64,000 bases of DNA, taken from Promethearchaeota archaeon. Its GTDB lineage: Archaea > Asgardarchaeota > Lokiarchaeia > Sigyniarchaeales > SOKP01. This document shows, one piece after another, positions 8,641 to 17,358 of the stretch (position 1 is its first letter; each line of letters opens with the position of its first letter). The position numbers and the translations under genes are program-made. The notes below the pieces were generated by a model. That model did not search any database and was not told the origin of the DNA. It worked only from the letters and a program-made list of their open reading frames with translations. The DNA lies in the NCBI GenBank assembly GCA_016840165.1, contig JAEOSU010000038.1, positions 1-64,000 of the forward strand, read 5' to 3'.

Positions 8641-10667
8641 TCGCAAACGGCACCTCCGCCAGATACGGCGATTATTTCATCTAACAATTGATCATCGCTA
8701 AAATTGATTAATTGAATCGCTTTTGTTGGACATACGGGCATGCACATTCCACACGATTTACACGCAACTTCATTTACGGATGGTGTCCCATTTTCATCAA
8801 TATCAATCGCAGCTGGAGCACAAACCGTTTTACAAAGTCCACAATTCACACATAAATCATAGTCAATTGTAGGAATAAGCATTTCTTTCTCAATATATCC
8901 TTTTACTAATGGAGCAGCGGCTAAGGCGGCAGCACTTCCTGCGTGGGCAACACTCTCAGAGATATCTTTTGGACCTTGAATTGTACCAGCTAAAAAAATA
9001 CCTCCCTTACTACTTAAAGTAGGATTCATTTTTATATGGAATTCTTTTAGGAAACCTTCCTTTGATCGTAATACATGAAGTTTAGAACCAAGTGGTCCAA
9101 TTCCTTCAGGAGGAACCATAGCAGCTGACAAAACAACTAAATCTGCTTTTAATTGTAATGGAGTCTGACTTAACGTATCTTCGACTATCACTCTCAATTC
9201 ACCAGTTAATGGGTTTCTTACTATTTCTGAAGGTCTACCCCGAATAAACCTAACTCCTATTTCTTGAGCAGATTTGTAAAGCTCTTCAAAATTAAGTCCA
9301 GGTGTTCTTACATCAATATAACAGATGGTAACATCAGTATCCGGATACATTTCTTTAATAATTCTCGCATTCTTTACAGCAAACTTACAACAGACGCCAG
9401 TGCAGTACACATTCCCTACCTGATCATTTCTACTGCCGACACATTGTATCATAACGACACTTTTTGGAATTTTACCATCCGATGGTCTCAAAACTTCGCT
9501 ATTTGTTAATGAAGTTGGTGATAACATTCGTTCTAGTTTAAGCTGCGTAATTACATCTTCAAATCCTTCTTGTCCATAATGATATGGCTCGATTTCTGAA
9601 GGATCATATTCATCATATCCCGCGGCGACAACAATCGATCCAACCTTAATGGTTTTTGTTTCTGGTTGCATTGAAAAATCTACTGCTTGAACAGGACAAA
9701 TATTTACACATGTATTACAATCAATACAATTCTTTTTGTCTCGTATATATGTAGCAGGAATCGCTTGTGGATATGCTTTATATATAGCTTTTCTCATAGA
9801 CATTCCCATATCCCATTCACTTGGGAGTTCAACTGGACAATGCTCAGCACATTCACCACAAGAAGTACAGTTATCTTTTACATAGCGTGGCTTAATTTCA
9901 AACTCGACTTCAAAATTACCTAAAGAACCTTCAATATTTTTAACTTGTGAATTAGTATATAGCTCTATTAGCGGATGATTGGCAACACCGTTAGTTAACG
10001 GCGAGATTGAGCACTGAGGACATTCAAGAGTAGGAAATGTTTTATTAAGTCTTGTCATATGTCCACCTATGGTTGATTCTTTCTCGATAAGATAAACTGG
10101 GATCCCTAATTCTGCCATATCGTGGGCAGCTCTAAGACCAGCAATCCCTGCACCTATTACCAATGCAGCTTTAGTTGTCTTTACTCTTCTGGTCTCTACA
10201 TCCTCTAATTTACGGGCTCTATTTACTCCCGCTTCTACTAACTGCATGGCTTTTTGATCTGCTTTCTCCTTTTCTTTTTGATGTACCCAACTACAATATT
10301 CACGTACATTTACTTGCTGATGTCGATGTTTATTAAGTCCCATTTCTTCAATTGCCCGCGCAAAAGTTTTTCCATGTTGATTTTTAGAGCAACTGGCAAC
10401 TACAGTCCGGTTGACACCTAATTCTTTAATTGAATCCTTTACCATTTGCACCCCAGGTTTGGAACACATAAACATGTAATGTTCAGCCTTTACAACATTA
10501 GGTAAGGTTTTTGCATAATCCGCAACTTTTGCGACATCAACCGTACTAGCAATGTTATGGCCACAATGGCACACGAATACTCCGATTCTTGTTTCTTCTG
10601 AATCATTTTCCTTAACTGTATCATCTACATTTTCTGCTTTTTCAACTTTTTCTTCTTTTATTGTCAA
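8637..10667 (-). CDS. hdrA: Heterodisulfide reductase subunit A
   Basis: IGVFVCHCGHNI, MCS, VIGAGIAG, KTFPTLECPQC, inserted 2x[4Fe-4S], IQCVGSR, CxxxCC, GPKDI, C-terminal ferredoxin. Confidence 0.95.
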   Translation of the reverse strand: MTIKEEKVEKAENVDDTVKENDSEETRIGVFVCHCGHNIASTVDVAKVADYAKTLPNVVKAEHYMFMCSKPGVQMVKDSIKELGVNRTVVASCSKNQHGKTFARAIEEMGLNKHRHQQVNVREYCSWVHQKEKEKADQKAMQLVEAGVNRARKLEDVETRRVKTTKAALVIGAGIAGLRAAHDMAELGIPVYLIEKESTIGGHMTRLNKTFPTLECPQCSISPLTNGVANHPLIELYTNSQVKNIEGSLGNFEVEFEIKPRYVKDNCTSCGECAEHCPVELPSEWDMGMSMRKAIYKAYPQAIPATYIRDKKNCIDCNTCVNICPVQAVDFSMQPETKTIKVGSIVVAAGYDEYDPSEIEPYHYGQEGFEDVITQLKLERMLSPTSLTNSEVLRPSDGKIPKSVVMIQCVGSRNDQVGNVYCTGVCCKFAVKNARIIKEMYPDTDVTICYIDVRTPGLNFEELYKSAQEIGVRFIRGRPSEIVRNPLTGELRVIVEDTLSQTPLQLKADLVVLSAAMVPPEGIGPLGSKLHVLRSKEGFLKEFHIKMNPTLSSKGGIFLAGTIQGPKDISESVAHAGSAAALAAAPLVKGYIEKEMLIPTIDYDLCVNCGLCKTVCAPAAIDIDENGTPSVNEVACKSCGMCMPVCPTKAIQLINFSDDQLLDEIIAVSGGGAVCE

Positions 10668-10668
10668 T

Positions 10669-11586
10669 TTAGACGACCTCTTGTTCTTTTTTCATTTGCT
10701 TTTCTCCAAAAATATAATTTTTACCCATTAATTGATATTGAAGCCCAACAAATTCTTGATCCATTCCCATACAATAAGCTGTCAACTGAGATATATGAAT
10801 TACCGGATAATCATAATCGCAGCTCTTATTCTTATTTAAGTAGTCCTGTCCTGTCTCAAATTGCAAATGACAAAATGGACATATATCTAATATAAAATCA
10901 GGTTTCACAGTATCGATATTTCTCATTTTCTCTCCAAATATCGTCATACTCGCATCACCTGAATAAGCTTTTACACCACCACCCGCACCACAACATGTTA
11001 GTTGTTCTTTAAAGCGTACCGATTCGACACCTAAAGCTTCAATATACTCTTCGATAATGGTAGGCCCTTCAGAACTTTCAATTTCTCGGATTCGGGTTGG
11101 TTTTAAAAAATGACAGCCATAATGAACTGCAGCACGAGCGTTTACTTTTCTTACGATCATATCTTCAATACCCCAAGGACCTATATCATAGCCTAAAACT
11201 TCACCAATATGACGAACATTAATTGTACCCTTAAACTCATAATCCCCAATTAACTTCAATTTTTCATTAACCATGATTCGATGATCTTCATTTTCTTTCA
11301 GATGTTTGTTGACTTCTTGAAGGGTTCCAAAACAGCCATTACAAACTGTTAGAATATCACAATCCAATTGTTCCGCGATACATAGATTTCTTGCAGCAGC
11401 AACCATCCAATCTATTTTATTAAATGAGCGAAATACACCAGGAGCGGGACAGCAGCCTGCTTTTTCCATATCTAGCAATTCATATCCTAATTTTTCCATA
11501 ACAAATTTCGTAGCTTTTTCTATAGCAGGATATCTATTTGGCATTAAGCATCCAAGAAAAAATGCAAATGATTTCTCTTTTACCAT
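10669..11586 (-). CDS. hdrB: Heterodisulfide reductase subunit B
   Basis: Two CCG domains: FLGC..RYP / CCPAPG / CNGC and HYGCH / CCGAGGG / CPFC. Confidence 0.95.
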   Translation of the reverse strand: MVKEKSFAFFLGCLMPNRYPAIEKATKFVMEKLGYELLDMEKAGCCPAPGVFRSFNKIDWMVAAARNLCIAEQLDCDILTVCNGCFGTLQEVNKHLKENEDHRIMVNEKLKLIGDYEFKGTINVRHIGEVLGYDIGPWGIEDMIVRKVNARAAVHYGCHFLKPTRIREIESSEGPTIIEEYIEALGVESVRFKEQLTCCGAGGGVKAYSGDASMTIFGEKMRNIDTVKPDFILDICPFCHLQFETGQDYLNKNKSCDYDYPVIHISQLTAYCMGMDQEFVGLQYQLMGKNYIFGEKQMKKEQEVV

Positions 11587-11598
11587 TCTTTTCTCCTC

Positions 11599-12147
11599 CT
11601 ATTCTTCTTTTTCTTCCTCTTTCACGGGAGGAAGATCAAACATATATTTTTCAAAATTTTTTAAATCTTTATCATCCCCCTCTTGCTTAAACTTAAACAA
11701 TGTGGGAGGTAATTCTTCTAAACCTAATTCTACTCTTCTTTGTTTAACTTCATCATTAATCGGAACTGCATGCCCCGTATTTTTTAAATAACCAACAACC
11801 GCCCTATGATTTGGAGAAATATTGCCTCGTTTCGTGGCATAATTCCTTAATTCCATAATAACATCAGTTGGCCTCACATCTCTTGGACATCGTTCATAAC
11901 ATTGATAGCAAGTAGTACATAGCCAGATATCAGGATCATCTAAAACTGAAAGATCCCCTAATACTACTTTGCGTACTATATTGCGAGTTTTTAAAGCAGT
12001 CCATCGACCACTTTCACAACTAGCAGTACATGTTCCACATTGAATACATTTCCAGATGTTAGACTTTCTCTCAATATTTTTGAAGAATTCTTGATCAAAA
12101 TCCTCATCTGTCATGAATTCTTTATGTTCTTCCTTTACATCAGACAT
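11599..12147 (-). CDS. hdrC: Heterodisulfide reductase subunit C
   Basis: CIQCGTCTASC, IWLCTTCYQCYERCPR, TGHAVP. Confidence 0.95.
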   Translation of the reverse strand: MSDVKEEHKEFMTDEDFDQEFFKNIERKSNIWKCIQCGTCTASCESGRWTALKTRNIVRKVVLGDLSVLDDPDIWLCTTCYQCYERCPRDVRPTDVIMELRNYATKRGNISPNHRAVVGYLKNTGHAVPINDEVKQRRVELGLEELPPTLFKFKQEGDDKDLKNFEKYMFDLPPVKEEEKEE

Positions 12148-12186
12148 AATTTCTCACCAATTTACTATAAAAATAAAAAAAAATAT

Positions 12187-12603
12187 TTATAATGATACTA
12201 CTTGACCGCCATCAGACATTTCAATAAAACCTGCGGCGCCTATGGGATCTTCGACAAAGTCCCACATTTCTTCTCTCTTGATGTTCATTAAATCCATAGT
12301 CATTTGACATGGGTAAAGTTTCATCTTACCATCATCGACTGCTTCTTTAATGAGGTCCCAAGGTTCTTCCATTCCAAACTTCTTTAAACGCTTTCTAAAC
12401 ATCCCAGCTGCCATACCTTTCATTGGAGCAGGCATTCCTGCCACTTTTGGCTTAAATTTCTTTTTTAAGAGATTTAATCCCCAGAATGTAAAAAAGAAGT
12501 TCATCTCAACGTCCATCGCGCCTCCTGTTGTGCCAAGTATTGTCATCATCATAAATTTTTCGAAAGATTTGTCTTTCACAATAAAATTCATTTTTTCAAC
12601 CAT
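12187..12603 (-). CDS. DsrE-like (DrsE_2 / peroxiredoxin-family) sulfur transferase
   Basis: FFTFWGLNLL, YPCQMTMDLM, GAAGF; ATG at 12603 lies 5 nt after GGTGA. Confidence 0.85.
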   Translation of the reverse strand: MVEKMNFIVKDKSFEKFMMMTILGTTGGAMDVEMNFFFTFWGLNLLKKKFKPKVAGMPAPMKGMAAGMFRKRLKKFGMEEPWDLIKEAVDDGKMKLYPCQMTMDLMNIKREEMWDFVEDPIGAAGFIEMSDGGQVVSL

Positions 12604-12657
12604 ATATTTCACCTTATTTTCTTTTTTTGTTTTTTTTAATATATATTTTATAATTTT

Positions 12658-12677
12658 GGCTAATCGATTAATTAGCC
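12658..12677. promoter_or_regulatory. Inverted repeat GGCTAAT-N6-ATTAGCC, containing the palindrome TAATCGATTA, in the dsrH/dsrE2 spacer
   Basis: Read directly; GC-containing dyad in an otherwise AT-rich ~150-bp gap; function inferred. Confidence 0.35.
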
Positions 12678-12752
12678 GGCTTTATATTCAAATTATTACT
12701 TACTCGTAAAAAATATCTTATTTTTTTCTTAATTCTATTTATTTAGTCATCT

Positions 12753-13082
12753 CTATATCCAAGAAACGACTTTTTGTGTCGATTCTAAAACATCTACAAG
12801 TTCATTATAATCAATTGCATTTATTTTATCATGCAATTGATTAAGGGCTATACCTCGGGCGTTCATATCAGGTTTCAGAGCATAAACTGTAATATTTAAA
12901 TCTAAAAGCTCAATCATAGATTTCGGTATCTTGCCTTTTTTAGAGATACCTATTACTCCATCATGGATTAAAACAAATCCGATTCGATGATTTTTATTAA
13001 TCTGAGCTTTTAGAATTGGTAATAATCGCTCTAAGTGGCTTCCCGTCATTTCACTAAATCCAAACAAATATATTAAATCCAT
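12753..13082 (-). CDS. dsrH: DsrH/TusB-family sulfur relay subunit
   Basis: LIHDGV, VYALKPDMNARG, IDYNELVD, terminal SW. Confidence 0.85.
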   Translation of the reverse strand: MDLIYLFGFSEMTGSHLERLLPILKAQINKNHRIGFVLIHDGVIGISKKGKIPKSMIELLDLNITVYALKPDMNARGIALNQLHDKINAIDYNELVDVLESTQKVVSWI

Positions 13083-13097
13083 TTCGATACTCCTCCT

Positions 13098-13466
13098 TTA
13101 GAACCTAATGCAAATATCTACGTTATCTATTAAATCTACTAAATCATCTACCGAGATGATATTTAGATTCTCATATTCTACCAAATCATCTTTAGAAAGA
13201 CCTGCATCAGCCAATGCGGAATCCAAGATATATAGTTCTAGATCAGATAAGTCTGCCATTTCAAATACCTCCTCTAAATTATCCATGCCAACAACTTCAG
13301 GCGCTGCATCTTTATTTAACAGATACACTGCATCTCCAGTAAAGACTACCTTACATTCTATATATTCACCTAAAGCCACAAACCCAGAACCAATTCTTAT
13401 TGCTTCAACAGCCGAGTTTTTACCCACAGGTGATTTATCAGTAATTATTAATGCGGATTCAACCAT
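13098..13466 (-). CDS. dsrF: DsrF/TusC-family sulfur relay subunit
   Basis: SPVG..AVEAIR, VVFTGDAVYLL; lies between dsrE- and dsrH-like genes. Confidence 0.8.
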   Translation of the reverse strand: MVESALIITDKSPVGKNSAVEAIRIGSGFVALGEYIECKVVFTGDAVYLLNKDAAPEVVGMDNLEEVFEMADLSDLELYILDSALADAGLSKDDLVEYENLNIISVDDLVDLIDNVDICIRF

Positions 13467-13471
13467 GATGA

Positions 13472-13840
13472 CTAACCTCCTGGTCCAAAAACTATGACTT
13501 TTTCAGATTCTACTGACCAATTAGAAAAGTCTCCTAAACCTTCTTCAACTGCACCATCAATGAATTCCTCTTCCTTCAATCCCGTTAAACTCACCCAAGT
13601 ACTACATCCAGCGATCGGAATGGCATTTTGTTTACAAAAATCTTCAATCTTTTTCGGAATGTTTCGAATAGAAGTCCCACAACTGATCTCCTTTTTAAGG
13701 TTATATACTCCTGAACCATAAAAGAACAAACCCTTGATATTATGCCCCTTTTTAATCAATGCTTCAGCGATTTGAATCAAAGAATCTGATGCTTCGAATT
13801 TATAAGGTTCTGTACTTATAAAGAACGTGTATGTCGTCAT
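13472..13840 (-). CDS. dsrE: DsrE/TusD-family sulfur relay subunit
   Basis: PY..A..KGH....FFYxxGV, Cys at the catalytic-equivalent position (AGCSTW), GLGD..KVIVF. Confidence 0.85.
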   Translation of the reverse strand: MTTYTFFISTEPYKFEASDSLIQIAEALIKKGHNIKGLFFYGSGVYNLKKEISCGTSIRNIPKKIEDFCKQNAIPIAGCSTWVSLTGLKEEEFIDGAVEEGLGDFSNWSVESEKVIVFGPGG

Positions 13841-13869
13841 TGTATAATCTGCCTCAATCATTCCCCTAT

Positions 13870-14094
13870 TTAATTCTTTTTAATCATAAAAGTGACTTTT
13901 TCGCCTTCTTCTCTTGTCTCCATTAACTCATCGCCAGTTTTATGCAATAAAGCTGGCACGTCCTTGAGGGCTCCTTTGTCGTCTACGATAAGTTCTAAAA
14001 CTTGACCCGAATTTAATTTTTTTAATTCTTTTCTCGTCATTAAGACAGGCATAGGACATTTTTTTCCTAAAGCGTTAAGTGTCATATCAGCCAT
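13870..14094 (-). CDS. tusA: TusA/SirA-family sulfur carrier
   Basis: GKKCPMPVL, GQVLELIVDD..A..DVP. Confidence 0.9.
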   Translation of the reverse strand: MADMTLNALGKKCPMPVLMTRKELKKLNSGQVLELIVDDKGALKDVPALLHKTGDELMETREEGEKVTFMIKKN

Positions 14095-14203
14095 TATTTT
14101 CAACTTTTTCAGTTTTTTTTTCTACTTTTTTGCGTTATAATATCAGAAAAAATCTTGTTTGATATTATTTATAGATCAAAAATATACAAATCTATTTAAA
14201 GTA

Positions 14204-14280
14204 TAGTTTTTTTTCTTATAACAAGTATGATTTTATAATAAAAAAAACTAAGAATAAGTATATTATAGAAAAAAAAACTA
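14204..14280. promoter_or_regulatory. Three 17-bp boxes at 30-bp period; candidate Lrp-type operator
   Basis: 14204-14220 (reverse complement TATAAGAAAAAAAACTA), 14234-14250 TATAATAAAAAAAACTA, 14264-14280 TATAGAAAAAAAAACTA. Confidence 0.55.
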
Positions 14281-14398
14281 TTTAATCGAGAAAAATCGAT
14301 AGTTATATGAATTACTATTACCAAATTATTGATGGAACAAACTAATATTTTATAATTTTTTTAAATATTTTTCAAAAAATTGGAATCGTGACAAGAAT

Positions 14399-14893
14399 AT
14401 GGTCGTTGCAGACTCAGAGAAAATAACTCTGGATAATATTGATAAACAAATTCTTGAACTACTTCAAGATAATGCGAAGTATACCATACGGGAAATAGCC
14501 GACAAAACCGAAAAAAGTGTTACTGCTGTAAGGGTTCGCATTAAAAGATTGGAGGATGAATTAATTAAAAAGTATATGGCGATTGTGGATTGCCGAAAAT
14601 TGGGTTATAGAGAAATGGTGATCGCTTCTCTACGCGTGAATTCTTCGCAACCTCTAGATGATATCAAAAATAAAATTGAAAAAATGCCACAAGTTAAATA
14701 TGCCTATATAGTAACAGGAGAGAGGCCCATAATTGCTATGTTTAAATGTTTAGGTCATGAAGAAGCAATGGATTTAATAGAAGATCTCCGTAAACTTCCT
14801 GGTGTAGAAGAAATAAACACGCAAATTGTATTAGATCGGATAAAAGAAGATCATTCGATAATTATCCCCGAGGATAAGAAGAAGCAATCATAA
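14399..14893 (+). CDS. Lrp/AsnC-family transcriptional regulator, divergent from the tusA-dsrEFH-hdr cluster
   Basis: LDNIDKQILELLQDNAK...IA...VRVRIKRLE HTH plus C-terminal RAM domain (YIVTGE). Confidence 0.92.
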   Translation: MVVADSEKITLDNIDKQILELLQDNAKYTIREIADKTEKSVTAVRVRIKRLEDELIKKYMAIVDCRKLGYREMVIASLRVNSSQPLDDIKNKIEKMPQVKYAYIVTGERPIIAMFKCLGHEEAMDLIEDLRKLPGVEEINTQIVLDRIKEDHSIIIPEDKKKQS

Positions 14894-15440
14894 ATCAGTT
14901 TTTTTGTATTTTTTCGGTTTAAACTAAGAAAATTACTACTAGGTAATATTAATATAATTTATAGCTTTCTTAATTTCTTGATCTTTTCTTTATTAATTCG
15001 TTTGATCTCTTTTTTTAAATTTAGAATAGCAGCATTTATTTCAACGCGTTTAACTTTTAATGTAGAAATTTTAGAGTGATTAATTTTTTTTGATTCATGT
15101 TTTATTCTTTGGTCAATTTGGGCTAATTCTTTATGTTTTGTTGCTAGTTTTGCCTCTAATTCTTTTAACTTTTGATGGTATTCTAACTGAACCTTTTTAA
15201 TTAGAGCTGCTCTAGATTCATTTTTCATAAAATCTCCTTATAAAAAAATCCATTATTATTAAATATTATTTTGAATATACGAGATTAAATAATTTGCGTT
15301 AGCTTGTATGAAGAGGTGCGATTAAGTGAAATTTAAATAAATATTAGACTTACAAAAGCGTCGAATTTTCTAAAACTGACTTTTAAAGAAAAATAGCACA
15401 ATATTTTATATTTAATATAGGATCATTCGATAATTATCCC
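14849..15440 (+). repeat. Perfect 20-bp direct repeat GATCATTCGATAATTATCCC at 14849-14868 and 15421-15440
   Basis: Direct sequence comparison. Confidence 0.9.
14959..15228 (-). CDS. Small basic coiled-coil protein
   Basis: Heptad pattern, Lys-rich; AGGAGA SD upstream. Confidence 0.7.
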   Translation of the reverse strand: MKNESRAALIKKVQLEYHQKLKELEAKLATKHKELAQIDQRIKHESKKINHSKISTLKVKRVEINAAILNLKKEIKRINKEKIKKLRKL

Positions 15441-15729
15441 TGAATAAGGACACTTGTTAAATATTCTATTTTTTAAAATCAAAAATAATTCAATTAAAAC
15501 TATCATCGATCAAATTCTAATATAATTGTTAAAAATTTTTATTATTAATGTTTTTTTACTTCACTTTTCAATGGTTTTCGGAAAGACAATCAGATAATAA
15601 TGTTGCAAAATGATTAGATAATAGTTTATTGTACTTTTACGTCAAACTTATCGGGAGCCAAGAAACCATATTATTATATATAGATTTATCATAAAGATAT
15701 ATATCTTAACAATATTTTGGGATAATAAT

Positions 15730-17355
15730 ATGAAAACTAAAACAAAATACCTAGTGATTTTATTAATAATGGGACTTTTTTTTCCTTTACTTCTCAATTT
15801 TAACTTTAATTTAAACAGCGAAGTTAATACTAATTTAATTAATCCAAAAAGTTCGGGAGCTTATATCGAATCATTCATTCATATTGATGGGAGCGTTCCT
15901 GGGAATTGGTCTGATACAGTAACTACCTATTCGTGGTGTTCTGGTGATGGGTCATGGAGTAATCCCTATATAATTGAAAATGTTACTGTTGATTGTGGTG
16001 GTACTGGGACTGGAATTTTAATAGAAAATTCAAATACTGAATATTTTATCGTAAGAAATTGCACGGTTTACAACACGGGTAATGGATTGTTTGATAGCGG
16101 AATCAAACTAGAAAATACGTGTATTGGCACGATTTTTAAGAATAATGTCTCAAATAACCAAGTTAATGGAATTTGTTTGATTGGATGTAATAATAATACC
16201 ATAATTGAGAATACCGCAAACCATAACTATCTATATGGGATAAACTTAATTAATAATTGCGATTATAATACCATCTCGGGAAACACCGTAAACTACAACT
16301 CTCGTGGTATACAATTATATGATTATTGTGATTATAACAATATTTCGGGAAACATCGTATGTAACACTACCGACATCGGGATACTTTTATATGATTATTG
16401 TGGTCATAACACCATCTCGGGAAACACCGTAAACGATAATGCCTACGGGATATATTTTGAAAATAAATGTAACAATAATACGATTTCGGGAAACACCGCA
16501 AACGATAACCCGTACGACGCGATATATTTACACAAGTGTGATAATAACACCATCTCGGGAAACACCGCAAACGATAACGATTGCGGGATATATTTTGATG
16601 ATTATTGTGATAACAACACGATTTTGGGGAACCATGCATTTAACAATACCAATGAAGGGATATATTTGGTGGATTTGTGTGATAATAATACTATTACTGA
16701 AAATGCCTTATACAACAATACTATAGGAATACGTGTTGAATCAGATAATAATAACAATTCAATTTATAAAAATTTCTTTCTGGAAAATGGAATACATGCT
16801 GTCGATGATGGAATAGATAACAAGTGGAATAACACGATTATTGGAAATTACTGGGATAACCATACTGGTCCAGATGTCAATCCTAATGATGGAGTTGTGG
16901 ATGTTCCATATACATATATCGGTGGTTCTGCGGGAAGTATAGATTATTTGCCAATAGCTGAAGATGGTGCACCAATGATTACAATTAATTCACCTTCTTC
17001 AGGTAGCATATTTGGTGTTTCTGCTCCTTCTTTCGATGTGACTATCACTGACACTACTTTAGTATCAATGTGGTATACTATGGATGGAGGTATTAACAAC
17101 TACACTTTTACAGAAAATGGAAAGATAGATCAATCAGCGTGGGATATTTTACCTAAAGGAAGTATCACCATTACCTTTTATGCTATTGATATTGTAGGTA
17201 ATGAAGCATTTGAAGAAGTTAGTGTAATCAAGAATGTTCCAAGTGGTTTAGACCCGGGTGCGATAATAACTATTGTAGTTATTTCTGTAGTAGGTGGGGT
17301 TGCTGTATTAAGTATGGCTTATATATATCTTAAAAAGCGAAGAGCATCAGCGTAA
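15730..17355 (+). CDS. Membrane-anchored right-handed beta-helix (NosD/pectin-lyase-like) surface protein with Ig-like stalk
   Basis: GDGSWSNPYIIEN, repeated NNTISGNT..N..GI, GNYWD, WYTMDGG, C-terminal TM plus basic tail. Confidence 0.88.
   Translation: MKTKTKYLVILLIMGLFFPLLLNFNFNLNSEVNTNLINPKSSGAYIESFIHIDGSVPGNWSDTVTTYSWCSGDGSWSNPYIIENVTVDCGGTGTGILIENSNTEYFIVRNCTVYNTGNGLFDSGIKLENTCIGTIFKNNVSNNQVNGICLIGCNNNTIIENTANHNYLYGINLINNCDYNTISGNTVNYNSRGIQLYDYCDYNNISGNIVCNTTDIGILLYDYCGHNTISGNTVNDNAYGIYFENKCNNNTISGNTANDNPYDAIYLHKCDNNTISGNTANDNDCGIYFDDYCDNNTILGNHAFNNTNEGIYLVDLCDNNTITENALYNNTIGIRVESDNNNNSIYKNFFLENGIHAVDDGIDNKWNNTIIGNYWDNHTGPDVNPNDGVVDVPYTYIGGSAGSIDYLPIAEDGAPMITINSPSSGSIFGVSAPSFDVTITDTTLVSMWYTMDGGINNYTFTENGKIDQSAWDILPKGSITITFYAIDIVGNEAFEEVSVIKNVPSGLDPGAIITIVVISVVGGVAVLSMAYIYLKKRRASA
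16255..16640 (+). repeat. Intragenic ~69-bp (23-aa) tandem repeats
   Basis: TCGGGAAAC cores at 16276, 16345, 16417, 16486, 16555 and a degenerate copy at 16624. Confidence 0.85.
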
Positions 17356-17358
17356 TTT

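Noticed and set aside
6963-10667. Selenocysteine recoding in hdrA, mvhD or mvhG (Sec forms are known in some archaea)
   Set aside because: All frames are open with Cys codons at the motif positions. The hdrA TGA is a real stop overlapping the mvhD ATG in another frame. No SECIS recognised.
8637-14094. Calling the cluster a canonical sHdr or Dsr sulfur-oxidation locus
   Set aside because: Single methanogen-type HdrB/C, mvhD present, no lbpA, dsrAB or dsrC in the window
15229-15729. tRNA or structured ncRNA in the longest intergenic gap
   Set aside because: No cloverleaf or GC-rich stems seen; only the 20-bp repeat is supportable
16255-16640. CRISPR array or DGR template/variable repeat
   Set aside because: Repeats are in-frame coding units of a beta-helix; no cas or reverse transcriptase gene; differences are not confined to adenines
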